In this document: positions 1 to 12,777 of the stretch, piece by piece
Layout of the letters: every line of letters starts with the position of its first letter
How positions within the stretch are numbered: position 1 is the stretch's first letter
Origin: Octopus bimaculoides
Lineage: Eukaryota
Direction: 5' to 3'
NCBI RefSeq assembly: GCF_001194135.2
Contig: NC_068985.1
Span: forward strand, 71,752,032 to 71,805,656
Length of the DNA stretch: 53,625 nucleotides
The notes under the pieces: model-generated
What the model was told of the DNA's origin: nothing
Databases searched by the model: none
Seen by the model: the letters and a program-made list of their open reading frames with translations, nothing else
Made by a program: the position numbers and the translations under genes

Positions 1-86
1 TTATTATTATTATTATTAATAATAATTTTTAAAAATATTTTCCTATTATTTCTCCATGTGCAGTTAACACAACCCCACCATTTACT

Positions 87-134
<48 letters not shown>

Positions 135-303
135 GTATGTATGTATGTATAAGTATGTACATGTATGTATATATATGTATATATGTATATACTTTTATAT
201 GTATGTGTATATATATGTATGTATGTTTATATGTACATATGTATATATGTGCGTATGTATATGTGTATGTATGTATGTATATGTATGTATATATGTATGT
301 TTG

Positions 304-341
<38 letters not shown>

Positions 342-545
342 TATATATTTATATATACACACCTCTACCCCTATTTACTTTTGACCATAACTCGCTCTCC
401 CTACTGCACTTTTGTAACCCCCACCTTATCTTCCCGATTTCAAGTTCCTCCACCATCTTTATCCCTCTTTCACACATCCGTAGCACTGGAATTATTCCTT
501 ACTCAACCTAACCCCCCCCCCCCACCGGCCTTCTTAATTATTGTC

Positions 546-764
546 TGCTGGGGTCCTGAAAAGTTCCTGGCTTTTGGGTAAAAGAAAATAGAGGAGCATC
601 AGTTAATTATGATTTTATTTGAACATATTCCTCTCTCAGATTCACACACTAATTGCAGTGGTCCTTCAGTTTTTCTGAGCCCCGTAAAGGAACTCGGAAG
701 GTTAGGCTTCCAACCTGGCCTTTTGCAATACCCTTTAAGCCAGGAACTTTTCAGCACCCCCTCA
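546..764. mobile_element. Mariner-type MITE
   Basis: Terminal inverted repeats ggggtcctgaaaagttcctggctt (550-573) and aagccaggaacttttcagcacccc (737-760); TA at 765-766; no coding capacity. Confidence 0.75.
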
Positions 765-2519
765 TATTTGTGTGGTTGTGAACATTATCATATATATGTA
801 AAACTTCCTCTCCTCTCCAATAAACATACATGTAAACATATATATGTTTGCATGTATGTTTATGGCGAGAGGAGGAATTTTTACATATATATTGTGTGTG
901 TTTGCTGCATATAGCCACATCTATTTATTTTTCTACTCTTTTTCATACTCTTTCTCTCTCTCTCCCTCCCACCTCTGTCTGTATATGTGTGTGTTGTGGA
1001 TAGTTGATATTCTTGTCATTTCTGGTTGATATCTTGAAGGTAGTTAATGTATATTTTCTGATATTTGAAAAATTAAATCTTGTTACCTTACTGACAACTT
1101 GATTACACGTTTGTTAGGTGTTTGAAGGAACACACTGTAGATATCTTTGAACAGACTCTGCTGGGATTCTTCTATATATATTAAAAGAGATGAATAAGAA
1201 TTTTCCATATTTTCAAGTTGTCACTTTATTTTATTGCTTTCTCTTCTCATCTGGGGGAAAAAAAAGACCAGAAGAATTACATAGATTGGTGACTCAACTC
1301 TTATCCATAATTCTTTCTCACATGCTTTGTTTTTCCAAAGAAGTATCTTACCTAGATGGCCTTTCTGTCTTTCTTTTTCGCCATCTTTTTTTTTTTTCTT
1401 TGCCTGCCATTTTCATCTTCTTTGATGCAAATTCTTCTTCACAGTGATGTTTAGTAGGGGTGGAATATTGCAGCAGTAAAAAAATAACAAAATAAGAATA
1501 ACAAAAGCAATAATAAGATCATTCTAATCTTCATAGAATAAAAGTGCAAATAAAACATTTTCAGAGATTTTTTTTTTTTCCATCCTTGCTATGTTCATAT
1601 CTTAGGTTATAGACTAGTTTTGTTTTTACATTATGTATGAGACATCAGCCATCTTGAAATTTGGATAGGGTTATCTTCTGCTTTCTTGACTTGTATTTAG
1701 TTATTTATTTTTTTATAGAGCCATTCCTATGAATAGATAAATATTTCTGTAAAAAATAAATGGCTGAAGTTAATTTGGAACAAACTAAATAAATGAGTAT
1801 TTTACTGATTATATTCCTTAAACTCTCAACAAATCTCTCTCTCTCTCTCTTTGTATATAATGCACATATACATGTTAGCAATACACACACGACATGACAC
1901 ACATGCACACACACACTCATACATATAAACACTGAGCATCAAGAATTGTTTAGCTGAAGACAGCAACAAAAATCTTTTGCTGAAAGAAGTGATAGCAGAT
2001 GAATGAAGTAGCATGGCTTATGTAAGACCTGATAACAGCAGTGTTAGAGTATGGTGTGTTTAAATGAAATATGAGCCATGAAGGTTAAAGGAATGAATCA
2101 GAGAGCATTTAGAATTAAAATATTTTTATGGTGTTTTACAGTAGATATGTTAGTGTGGTTAAAACAAAGAGATAATGTGCCTGCCATGTTGGTGGATGTG
2201 AAATGAGAATCTAATTAGTTGTGTTTTAATAAATTTGGTCATCTGCCTATCTTTTTACTTTGGCATATTTGTAGTATGAAGTTGAATATAAATTACCTCA
2301 TAAACTCTGAAGGGCTTTCAAAGGCCAATGCTAGGCTGTGGTTTCAAAGCAATTATGCTATATTGAGAGAAAAACCAATCTTCTCCCTTGTCTGATGCCA
2401 CTCTGTCTCTAATAACATTCCTAAGTATCTGTTTCTAGCTATTTCCGAGAGCTAGATGGACTGGAACATTGAGGATTAAATGTTTAGCTGAAATGGACAT
2501 CAATATTCTTACAGTGGAT

Positions 2520-2732
2520 AAAGCAGTGAGCTGGCAGAATTGTTAACATGCTGGGCAAAATGCTTTGCAGCATTTCATCCGTTGTTATGTTCTGAGTTCA
2601 AATTCTGCCAAGGTCAACTTTGCCTTTCATTTTTTGGGGGTTGATAAAAAAAAATACCTGTCAAATACTGGGGTTGATATAATTGACTTACCCCTGCGCT
2701 AAACTTGCTGGCCCTGTGCCAAAATTTGAAAC
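2520..2732 (+). mobile_element. tRNA-like SINE (family B) with 19-bp TSD
   Basis: Head gagctggcagaa...gttctgagttcaaatt (A/B-box-like). Flanked by exact direct repeat CAATATTCTTACAGTGGAT at 2501-2519 and 2733-2751. Confidence 0.85.
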
Positions 2733-2916
2733 CAATATTCTTACAGTGGATTTTTTTTTATTCTAGACTTATGTTGACATTTTAGTGGATTTAGTACTGG
2801 GGAGAATCTTACAGATGTAACTAATTGGCTCTGGCAGTCTTCTGTTTGATCAAGAACCTCTTAGATATGCCAACACTAACTTGACCTGCTACATATAGCT
2901 GCCAAATCTCCCTTAA

Positions 2917-3123
2917 CCCTTTAGCATTCAGATTACTCTGTCAAAGTTAACGCTTATTTATTCACATTTTTCTGAAATAATCATGCATTATCTCATAACT
3001 TCAAGATTTCGATGAGGTGATTGTTCATTTTTCAAATGACCTTATAGAGTAGGTGTGGACCTGTTTTAACATAAAACTAGTAGAATATTTTAGCTTGATA
3101 TGGCCTTTTGAAATGCTAAAGAG
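2917..3123 (+). mobile_element. piggyBac-like MITE (family P1)
   Basis: TTAA|CCCTTTAGCATT ... AATGCTAAAGAG|TTAA; TTAA target duplication at 2913-2916 and 3124-3127. Confidence 0.75.
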
Positions 3124-4239
3124 TTAAACCGTACCTTATCCTATGTTTCCTTTTCTTAAGGTAGATAGGGATTTTGGCAGTTATGAGGGCATTGAATAGA
3201 ATACCTTGTAGTATTTGTTTTGCTTTTTTTGTATTCTTGACTTCAAATCCTGCCAAAGTCAACATGTATTGTTTTGGGATCATTAACATGACAATCCAGA
3301 GTGGTAGATTGGTTGAATTGTTATAATGCTGGATGCATTGCTTTGCAGAACCTGTTCCAGTTCTGTGCATTTAAATCCCTTCACTTGTCAATGACTAAAA
3401 AAATATTTCTTTGTGATGTCGCAAAATAGACAGTGCCTGGGAAAATCCTTAAGTAAGTGCTCAAGTATTTCACTTTATTTGTCTCAATGGTAGCACACCA
3501 ATTGACAAGAGAGATTGCTAAAGGACTTTTAGGTCTTGTTCAATCCCCCACCCACCTCTCTCTCTATCATTCTCTTTAGGGTATGATTTTCGGTATATGT
3601 GACTGCTATTCCTAATAGGTTGGTTTGAAAACCTTTTAAAGGTTTAAAACACTAACTTAATGATGACAAAGTTCATTATTTTAAAACCTATCACAATTTT
3701 TCATTATTTTTGAAATTAATTGAAACACGAAAGCAGTTTGTTTCATTAAAAATATGATCATGACTTCAAAATTATCAGCAAACTCACCTGTTTACTCCTA
3801 TATTTTAACTCCCTACAACGCTTTTTTTTTTTCTTATTTGCTCCTTTACTGTCATTCTTATTTTCTCTTTATCCATCCATCTCCCTATCTTTTTCTTTCC
3901 TTCTGTCTCTCTTACTTTTCATTTCTATTCTTAGTCTCATTTATCTCAATTTACTGAATTTATTCTTACACAAGCTACACAAAAACAAAAAAAACAAAAA
4001 AAATGCTTTTGCCCAGCTGTCTTTTATCTGAAATCATCACTTCCTACACAACACACATGCATACATATATATATGTATATATATGCATTTTTTATTTGTA
4101 TATAAAACTAATAACAAGCTTGTTGTACTCCTTGCTCAGGTGCTCACATAACTCGTTAATAAAGGGTAATAGAGGGGACAGACAGAAAGCAGTGATAAGT
4201 CAAATAAAGAAACACTGCAATAGTAGTGCACTGGATTAA

Positions 4240-4459
4240 CCGTTTGGCATTTAAACTGGTCACATGCAGCCGAAATATTTTACCTGTTTTAAGTTCATAT
4301 CAGTCACATCCGGCCTCTCACACCTACCCCACTACATCCATCTTAAACTAAACAGTTGGATCAGTGGAATTTTGAAATTATGAGATAGTGCATGATTAAC
4401 ACAAAACAGTGTGAATAAATAAGCATTATGTTTGACAGAATAATTTGAATGCTAAAGGA
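4240..4459 (-). mobile_element. piggyBac-like MITE (family P1), reverse copy
   Basis: ttaa|ccgtttggcattt ... aatgctaaagga; interior is the reverse complement of the 2917-3123 type. Confidence 0.65.
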
Positions 4460-4671
4460 TTATAACAAAAGGACAGAAAACTGAAAAGTAAAATGCCATA
4501 ATGAGGAAATGATGCACAGGTATGTCAGGAGCCATGCTGGCGAATTTCGGGAAACGTGAATTTTTTTGAAGGATGCAGTGTTTTGACAGCTAACAACTGA
4601 CATGGGTGGTATATTCATGTATGTGCACATGCGCTCACATAGATTTGTATTATGCATGTGTGTATATCTAC

Positions 4672-4773
4672 GCCCGAAACGTCATACACTTTTTCTTTCC
4701 TTTCCTGAGCGTCCAATAACACTATCCATATCACATCCTCACTTTGTTGTTTTTTTGTTATTGTTTTTTTGAA

Positions 4774-4813
<40 letters not shown>

Positions 4814-4965
4814 TATGCATATGTATATTTAAGTGTATTTTTTCTCTCTCCGTTTTTTCATTATCTCTGTTTTTTTTTTCCTTTTAATCCTTTCTGTTGA
4901 AGAGCGTAGGCTCAAAATGTAAAAAGCTTTTCCATTCTTCCTGAGCGTTAAACTAATACACCTGC
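4672..4965 (+). repeat. Penelope-like terminal (pLTR-type) repeat remnant with hammerhead-like motif
   Basis: Two related partial units separated by (TA)n: gaaacgtc...cctgagcgt (4676-4710) and ctgttgaagagcgtaggctcaaaatgt...cctgagcgt (4894-4948). Confidence 0.45.
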
Positions 4966-5076
4966 TTGTTGTTTTCTGTAAATTTGAACTATATATATAT
5001 ATGAGAGAGAGAAAGAGAGAAATAGATATATAGATAGATAGATATAAAATTCATTATATAATTTGGACATGTGGTG

Positions 5077-5481
5077 NNNNNNNNNNNNNNNNNNNNNNNN
5101 NNNNNNNNNNNNNNNNNNNNNNNNNNNNNNNNNNNNNNNNNNNNNNNNNNNNNNNNNNNNNNNNNNNNNNNNNNNNNNNNNNNNNNNNNNNNNNNNNNNN
5201 NNNNNNNNNNNNNNNNNNNNNNNNNNNNNNNNNNNNNNNNNNNNNNNNNNNNNNNNNNNNNNNNNNNNNNNNNNNNNNNNNNNNNNNNNNNNNNNNNNNN
5301 NNNNNNNNNNNNNNNNNNNNNNNNNNNNNNNNNNNNNNNNNNNNNNNNNNNNNNNNNNNNNNNNNNNNNNNNNNNNNNNNNNNNNNNNNNNNNNNNNNNN
5401 NNNNNNNNNNNNNNNNNNNNNNNNNNNNNNNNNNNNNNNNNNNNNNNNNNNNNNNNNNNNNNNNNNNNNNNNNNNNNNNNN
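5077..5481. other. Assembly gap (405 N)
   Basis: Run of N. Confidence 1.
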
Positions 5482-5742
5482 TCGTTGCCAGTGCCCCTGG
5501 ACTGGCTTGTGCGGGTGGCACATAAAAGACACCATTTCGAGCGTGGCCGTTTTCGTGCGGGTGACACGTAAAAGCACCCACTACACTCTCTGAGTGGTTG
5601 GCGTTAGGAAGGGCATCCAGCTGTAGAAACTCTGCCAAATCAGACTGGAGCCTGGTGTTGCCATCCGGTTTCACCAGTCCTCAGTCAAATCGTCCAACCC
5701 ATGCTAGCATGGAAAGCGGACGTTAAACGATGATGATGATGA
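5482..5742 (+). mobile_element. RTE-like retroelement 3' end (family A), young copy
   Basis: ggcgttaggaagggcatccagc motif and (GAT)n tail; CpGs retained; homologous to the 3' part of the ORF2-bearing copy at 52845-53258. Confidence 0.8.
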
Positions 5743-5901
5743 ATTTCATGCTGATGTCTATTGTACCATCAGGTATACTTGCACATTCCTGAGGCATGAC
5801 CAGTCTTGTTATTATTCAGCCCTACTCTCGTTGACATAATCAAAAGCTTTACAGCTGCGTCCTAAATGCAGAGGGCCCAAAACTACATCATCCACATTGA
5901 A

Positions 5902-6066
5902 GCACTCGTGTAGCTGGGGTGAGTGGGTAGGAGCGGTCCACCCTGGATGACGCTTTCAAAGGGGTAGCACTTTTGGATCTGTTGTAGGTAATGTGTTTTT
6001 TGTGGGATCCGGGAGTAGCAAACAGAAGGGCCGCCCCAGGCAGCACACACTCTAGTGATACTAGTG
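5902..6066. mobile_element. Possible degenerate non-autonomous DNA element
   Basis: GC-richer island whose ends (cactcgtgtagctgg ... ctagtgatactagtg) loosely resemble CAGTGGCGTAGCT-type inverted termini. Confidence 0.25.
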
Positions 6067-7154
6067 CATTGCCATACATTCTAAGGTGGTAAGGTATAAT
6101 TTGAGGGATATTTAGCTGTTGTTGCTAACAGATTGAGCAACCATGTAGAGGCTGGTTTGTTGGCTTGTGTGTAGGAAAGCATTTTCACATCTATTTTATT
6201 GTGCTCTTTCTGGTTTTACTTTAGTGTTCCATGTACTTTGTGTTTGCTATATTTTCTAGTGTTGGTTGTAGAACATGCTCTGTTGAGTAGTAATTATGTA
6301 GATTGTGTGTTGCATAGGAGACTAGTCATATGCACTGGATGTGTTATAGTATTGGATGCCAGCTATGTAACAGTATAACTTTTATTTTATTGAGCGGTAA
6401 TTGTATAGAGTGTGTGTTGTGTAGAAAGTGTATTGTGTAAGTAGCTGCTATTAGACTTGAAAGTGTCTTGCATGAGATGTGGGCTATGCCTATCAGAACT
6501 ATATTTTGAATTGTGTACAAAATTGGGAGTGCTGGTATGGGTTTTTATGTTTTTGTTTATGATACCAAGTTACTATTGATACTGTTTTTACTTTCATATT
6601 CCATGTCCTACTTATTTTCATTTAAAGATCCTTGTACTTTAGTAGTAATGGACCAGAATGAATTGAAATGTCTCTTGAGTACAAAGATTCTTGTTCTGAT
6701 CTTTAAGAATTGTACTTAGATTGTTTTCCTAAATCTCCTCAGCAATCTTGGCAGATATGCCCTAGTCTGTTAAACCCAAATCATTGGTATGTACAGTGTT
6801 TAGTACATCTTTATACATATGTGTGTATCACTTCTCAGTTTTTACACCAAAATGTTGGTATATTGCTCGATATACATATCTGTTGACTTGGTTGAGTCAG
6901 TGTATGTATTAATATTTTATCTTTGTAAGAGTGAGCAGCTAAAAATAATCTGATGAATTTACTGCATTGGCAGAACTGCTGGAGTGTTGGTCAAAATGAT
7001 TTATGATATTTGACTGGCTCTTTAGCATTCTCTGTTCACATACTAGTGAAGTTAACTTTGCCTCTCATTCTCCTAGGGTCAATAAGATTAGTGAGCAGAA
7101 TCCCTAACTGGTGACCAGAGGAGGATACTGTCCTCTCAACCAATACATTACTGT

Positions 7155-7330
7155 GGATGAGCACCAGAAGACTATCACACCAACTTCTGTTGAGGCAGCA
7201 ACCCATGCACTGGAGAATCCAGCACGGCACACCAAAGAAGACATGACCTCAAGCATGCTAAGGCCAGCACCATGGATTGGAAGGGGTGGAATAACATCAT
7301 CACCAGAGCCTGTCATCCAGTGGCACCCAC
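7155..7330 (+). mobile_element. LINE ORF2 C-terminus/3'UTR fragment
   Basis: Homologous to 45146-45370 (ggatgagcaccagaagactatcacaccaactt; aaagaagacatg; tggaataacatcatcaccagag). Confidence 0.6.
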
Positions 7331-8597
7331 TATAAAATAAGTACCAGTGAAGGACTGCTGTTGATTTAACCAACTAACTCCATCTCAAATTGCTGTGCTT
7401 GTGCCTAAATTAAAACTATTTTATGCTGGAAATGATTATTATTTTCATTGGACAGAATTGCTAGAGCTGAACAAAATTCCTTATGGTATTTTATTACAAC
7501 ACTTTACCTTGTAAGTTCAAATCCCAAGGTTAATTTTCTCTGTCATTCCTCTGGGATCAATAAAATAAAGTTCCAGTCAAGTGCTGACATCAGATTTAAT
7601 GGACTGATCCCCTCCCATAAAATTTCTAGCCTTGTATCTAAATTAGAAACAATTATTATTATTATTAATAATAATAAGATCCTATTGATTGAAATGTTAG
7701 ACACAGTTTTAGTTCTTGCTTTTAACCATTGTAAATTTACTAATGTTGTTAATGAAATTCGGAAACTGCTTCAATATCACAAATTTCTGCCTGTATAAAT
7801 AAATCATTGCTGCCACCTCCAAGACCACCACTGTAACTTCTACTACTACTATTATGATTACTATTACCACTACTTCTACCACAACAAACACCACTGCCCA
7901 TCCCTATTAAAATCATTTCTACTACTACCACCACTACTGCTATCCTCTCCACCACCACCACCAACCAAACCTATTCCTCTGAGATTGCATGAAACCATCA
8001 TTGTAGTTTGTATGTACCATACCACTGTTGCATTGTGTCCTTCCATTATATTCATAATCTGCCATCAAACCAGTATTTACATTATATGTCAGCACCTATT
8101 ACATACATATTACTGCAGCATTACTTTATTTCCTTCTATTCAAACCACCTACCTACCATCACCTCTGTTCCCTTTTATTCTATATACAAAGTGCTCTGCA
8201 GCCTTCAGGATGTAACCTAAATTCTTTGAATGTGTTGACTATGGGGTATTAATTATGATGTATATCATTTCCATAAAATTCACTTTAAGCTGTTTATATA
8301 TACGTGTGTGTATATCATATATGTATTAATACATACACACACACATATATATATATCATCATCATCTTTGTTTTACATTTGCTTTTCCTTACTGTCATGG
8401 GTTAGATAAATTTTTTTGAGTTAGAGCTTTGTTCATACACTCAACCTTTGAAATATCAAATACCACTACAACTATAGACATGTATGCATGTGTACAGAAG
8501 TCTGTGAGTGTATGCTTATATATACTTCTACTTCCATATATATATATGTGTGAGGAAACGTAATACATATCTCTTTGTATGCATATATATATATATA

Positions 8598-8869
8598 TCA
8601 TCATCATCATCATTTAACGTCCGCCTTCCATGCTAGCATGGGTTGGACGATTTGACTGAGGACTGGTGAAACCGGATGGTAACACCAGGCTCCAATCTAA
8701 TTTGGCAGAGTTTCTACAGCTGGATGCCCTTCCTAACGCCAACCACTCAGAGAGTGTAGTGGGTGCTTTTACGTGTCACCCGCACGAAAACGGCGACGCT
8801 CGAAATGGTGTCTTTTATGTGCCACCCGCACAAGAGCCAGTCCAGGGGCACCGGCAAACGATCCCGCTC
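8598..8869 (-). mobile_element. RTE-like retroelement 3' end (family A), young copy
   Basis: Near-identical reverse complement of 5482-5742; (TCA)n tail at 8598. Confidence 0.8.
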
Positions 8870-9333
8870 NNNNNNNNNNNNNNNNNNNNNNNNNNNNNNN
8901 NNNNNNNNNNNNNNNNNNNNNNNNNNNNNNNNNNNNNNNNNNNNNNNNNNNNNNNNNNNNNNNNNNNNNNNNNNNNNNNNNNNNNNNNNNNNNNNNNNNN
9001 NNNNNNNNNNNNNNNNNNNNNNNNNNNNNNNNNNNNNNNNNNNNNNNNNNNNNNNNNNNNNNNNNNNNNNNNNNNNNNNNNNNNNNNNNNNNNNNNNNNN
9101 NNNNNNNNNNNNNNNNNNNNNNNNNNNNNNNNNNNNNNNNNNNNNNNNNNNNNNNNNNNNNNNNNNNNNNNNNNNNNNNNNNNNNNNNNNNNNNNNNNNN
9201 NNNNNNNNNNNNNNNNNNNNNNNNNNNNNNNNNNNNNNNNNNNNNNNNNNNNNNNNNNNNNNNNNNNNNNNNNNNNNNNNNNNNNNNNNNNNNNNNNNNN
9301 NNNNNNNNNNNNNNNNNNNNNNNNNNNNNNNNN
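8870..9333. other. Assembly gap (464 N)
   Basis: Run of N. Confidence 1.
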
Positions 9334-9608
9334 GAAATATATATATATATATATATATATATAACTCTTTAACCTGTTTCAGCATTAAAGCTGCAGTTAT
9401 TTATACAGTTTGATTTAACTCCATGTGACTTTAAGTTTCGTGGTCTCTAACAGAAGCCGGTTTGGTAATCTAAAGCCCAAAAGAGACAGTCTTCTGTTAG
9501 AGGCCTGTGAAAGTTGCTGAGTCAAACTGTTTTAAATAATACATGTAGCTTCTACTAAATGTATTGAGTGCCCTTTTCTTTCATTTGTTCACTCACTCAT
9601 CTATATAG

Positions 9609-9649
<41 letters not shown>

Positions 9650-11048
9650 GTAAAAGGGATTAAAAATTCCGGTAGATATGTATAAATCTCTTAGTGTTTA
9701 ATAAATTTGGTTAACTATATCCAACAATCAGATACTAATATATGTGAGTAGACTAAACATCCAAGATAATTCCTCATGTATGGCAAACAAATCCAAATAT
9801 TGTTTAGAAGAATTTCAAGAAATTTGCAGGATAAATCAAGAAAAATAAGAATGGAGAAAATCACATCTTTAACTGGTGATTACACCATACAGTACCGACT
9901 ATATATATGTGTGTATATGTAATGGGGAAATAAACTCAGTACTCAAAGTGAAGCCTATATATAAAATTAATTCGCTGTGAATCTACATAATTGGTAGAAG
10001 GGTCTGGTCTAGAGTTTTTGTGCAGGTAGTCAATTGTATTTGATTAAGTGCCTTAACCCCTGGCCCTTGAGTCTCTTAAATAATTTTGCACACATACACA
10101 CATTAGTGTACAGTTTAATGTCTTGGTCAGGATCTGTATGTGATAAGATTCTGTAAAATTTCCATTCATGTAAATGTACATATCATTGTCTTCTTGCATT
10201 AAAAAACTTTAATGACCCACAATAAGTCAAAGTACTCAGAACAGAGTGTTGGATCTAGTTAGCTAACCATCTGTTTGTCTACTTATCTGTCTGTCTGTCT
10301 GTCTGCCTCTATGTAATGTATTGTAATGTAATGTGTGTGTGTGTGTGTGTGTGTACCTGTTTCTTTCACTTTAGAATTTGACTCTGATGAATTTTACAAA
10401 GAAGGAAACAACCAAGTTGTCTTAGAATTTAATTGTTCATTCATTTTACATCCCTTTTTTCTGTGCTTGCATGAATTAGATGAATATGTTATTGTGGCAT
10501 CCTTCTTCAGATGGATGCTCTTCCTGATGCTAATCCTTACCTGATATTCAAATAACTTCTTTTTTTTTTTGTATATTTGGGGATGGTCATATTTTTTGTC
10601 AATTAACCACATACACAATATATTCATTCTTCACTTCAGCTTTATTATTATTATTCTTATTTTAATGTCCTTTGTTGGAAATCTTTTGTCACACATCCTG
10701 TGACCTCTTCAGCAACGCTCCATCCCATGTCTCCTCTTGTTCTGTTTAGTCCATTGTCTTTCTGCGCTGTGTCATCTACATGTGTTTTTGCATCTGTATT
10801 TCTGTGCATGTGTGAGTGTGTGTGTGTCTGTGATTAGTATGTGTGTTTTGTTTGTATGTATATGGGTTTGCTTATTACAGTGTTTGAATCTGTTGTTTTA
10901 ATTAGTTTTTTTTTTTATTTATCCTGCATAGCTTTGATGGCACAAGCCTAGTGGACAAGTTATTGAGAAAAGTGCCACTATCAACATCTCTCAAACATCG
11001 TAACTTTAGAGTGCAGATGTTAACAAACATAGACATATACATGTGTTA

Positions 11049-11267
11049 TTTCTTTACTACCCACAAGGGGCTACATACAGAGGGGACAAACAAGAACAGA
11101 CAAACGGATTAAGTCGATTATATCGACCCCAGTGCGTGACTGGTACTTATTTAATCGACCCCGAAAGGATGAAAGGCAAAGTCGACCTTGGCGGAATTTG
11201 AACTCAGAACGTAGCGGCAGACGAAATACCGCTAAGCATTTCGCCCGGCGTGCTAACGTTTCTGCCA
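11049..11267 (-). mobile_element. tRNA-like SINE (family B), CpG-rich young copy
   Basis: Reverse complement of the 50275-50494 type (gaccccgaaaggatgaaaggcaaagtcgacc...gaatttgaactcagaacg). Confidence 0.85.
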
Positions 11268-12649
11268 TAGTGCTGTGCATTGTGGAACTCAACACAAAAT
11301 AACATGGTTGGAAAGCAAAATTAACCATGCAGCCGTACCTGCTCCAAAGTCTTGCAAGAGTCAGTGTTAAACATACAATACATCTATGTCTACACACACA
11401 ACATTGGACGACTGATCAAAGATACAGCTCTGAAGAATATTTCTGAAAGTTATTTTTTGGGGAGGTTGAGGGAGGGGTATTTTTTTGTTTCTTCAATTAG
11501 AAAAAAAAAGTTTTAAAAATGTCATTTAGAAACAGAGAAAATAATTTTAATTAATGCCTAAATGTACATGTTGAGATTGAATAAGCTTTCAGGCTTATTA
11601 CTCTCCTCTGTAACAGCATAATTAAAATACTGCAATGAAAACAAATTGTCTACCAGCTTTTCATTTAAATTCTAATGATAGATTCTTATAACATACATGT
11701 TTAGCCAGAAATTCCTATATCCCATGTATTATTTCTCAAAGACTATTTGATTTGAAAAAATAAATTTGCTTAGTTGTTTCTTTTTCTTTGTCCTTGTTTT
11801 TGATTTGATTTGTATGTATGCAAGTATTTTTATTTTCCATATTCATTAATAATTTCTATATATTGGTAGTATTTATTCTCAGAATCTAAGTTTCAAATGT
11901 ATATATACATGCACACATACACATGCAACTATATGCACGTATGCTCAGATGCATGTGCACAACATTTTTGTGCGTGGTTTTCATGCACACTAGTTCTCTT
12001 TTTCAACTCTCTGAAAGCAGAACTAAGGGAGAGACTAAAACTTGTATAGTTGACTTTGTTCCCACTTTTTTGTTTTGCCCTCCTAGCAAATAAATTATTA
12101 TTATTATTATTATTACTATTATTATTATTATTATTATTATTATAATTAATAATTTCTTTTTTTGTTTCCTGTTTTACATCCTGTAGAACCAGGTTGAAGC
12201 TGTGTACCTGAGGCACTATAGGCAAGATGTCACTTGACTGCTAATACTCTCAGTATGATGTCTGACAAAAAAAATGCTCACCTAACGACTTGATTCTCTT
12301 GTTTATTCCTTCCTCTCACTTTTTGTCTGTCCCCCCCCCCTCTCTCTTTCTATCTCTCACTTTGTTTTGATCCTATTTTGTCTCTTTTCTCAAATGTTCA
12401 ATCAAGACGATGTGCATACAAAATGTTATGGAACTCATAAGTGTCCCATCCAAATCTCAAGTCATGAAATTATATTACAAATTACAAATATATTTGCTCT
12501 TTGGCTAGGATAGTTTTTATTTCTTGTTTTCTTACTTAGTTCATTATCTGAACATATTTCTATGACATTTTTTTAAAAGAGAAAAAAAGCCCTAAAAAGC
12601 ATGTTTCCCCATGATAATAAAATCACCATTCTTTTTTTTCTTCTTATAG

Positions 12650-12777
12650 GTATCAGTCAGATTTTGAAGTAACTATCCTGGAGACCCCCCCTTGCAACCA
12701 ATGAGGAAAAATGCGTACCAGCACATGGCTTTTATGTGGGAGTATTATGATTGGCTTATTCGTCCAGATTAGCTCAG
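12650..12777 (+). other. 128-nt exon containing 5'UTR and start codon
   Basis: Acceptor cttttttttcttcttatag|G (AG 12648-12649) and donor GTAAGC. All three frames contain a stop in the 5' part, so it is not an internal coding exon. Implies an upstream non-coding exon that I could not locate. Confidence 0.72.
12711..12777 (+). CDS. First coding exon segment (signal peptide) of an unidentified secreted or type I membrane protein
   Basis: ATG 12711 gives MRTSTWLLCGSIMIGLFVQISS plus 1 nt (basic n-region, hydrophobic core, small-residue c-region), then donor CAG|GTAAGC at 12778 (phase 1, common after signal-peptide exons). An in-frame TGA lies at 12702. Protein family not recognised. Confidence 0.72.

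Noticed and set aside
58-581. ORFs of 83-138 aa rich in Y/I/V/C/M
   Set aside because: Translations of (TA)/(TG)/(CA) microsatellites, which lack stop codons. The same applies to 36574-37362 and 40678-41681.
4948-9413. Longest ORFs in the track (166-232 aa)
   Set aside because: They run through N gaps; the real residues are family A repeat sequence.
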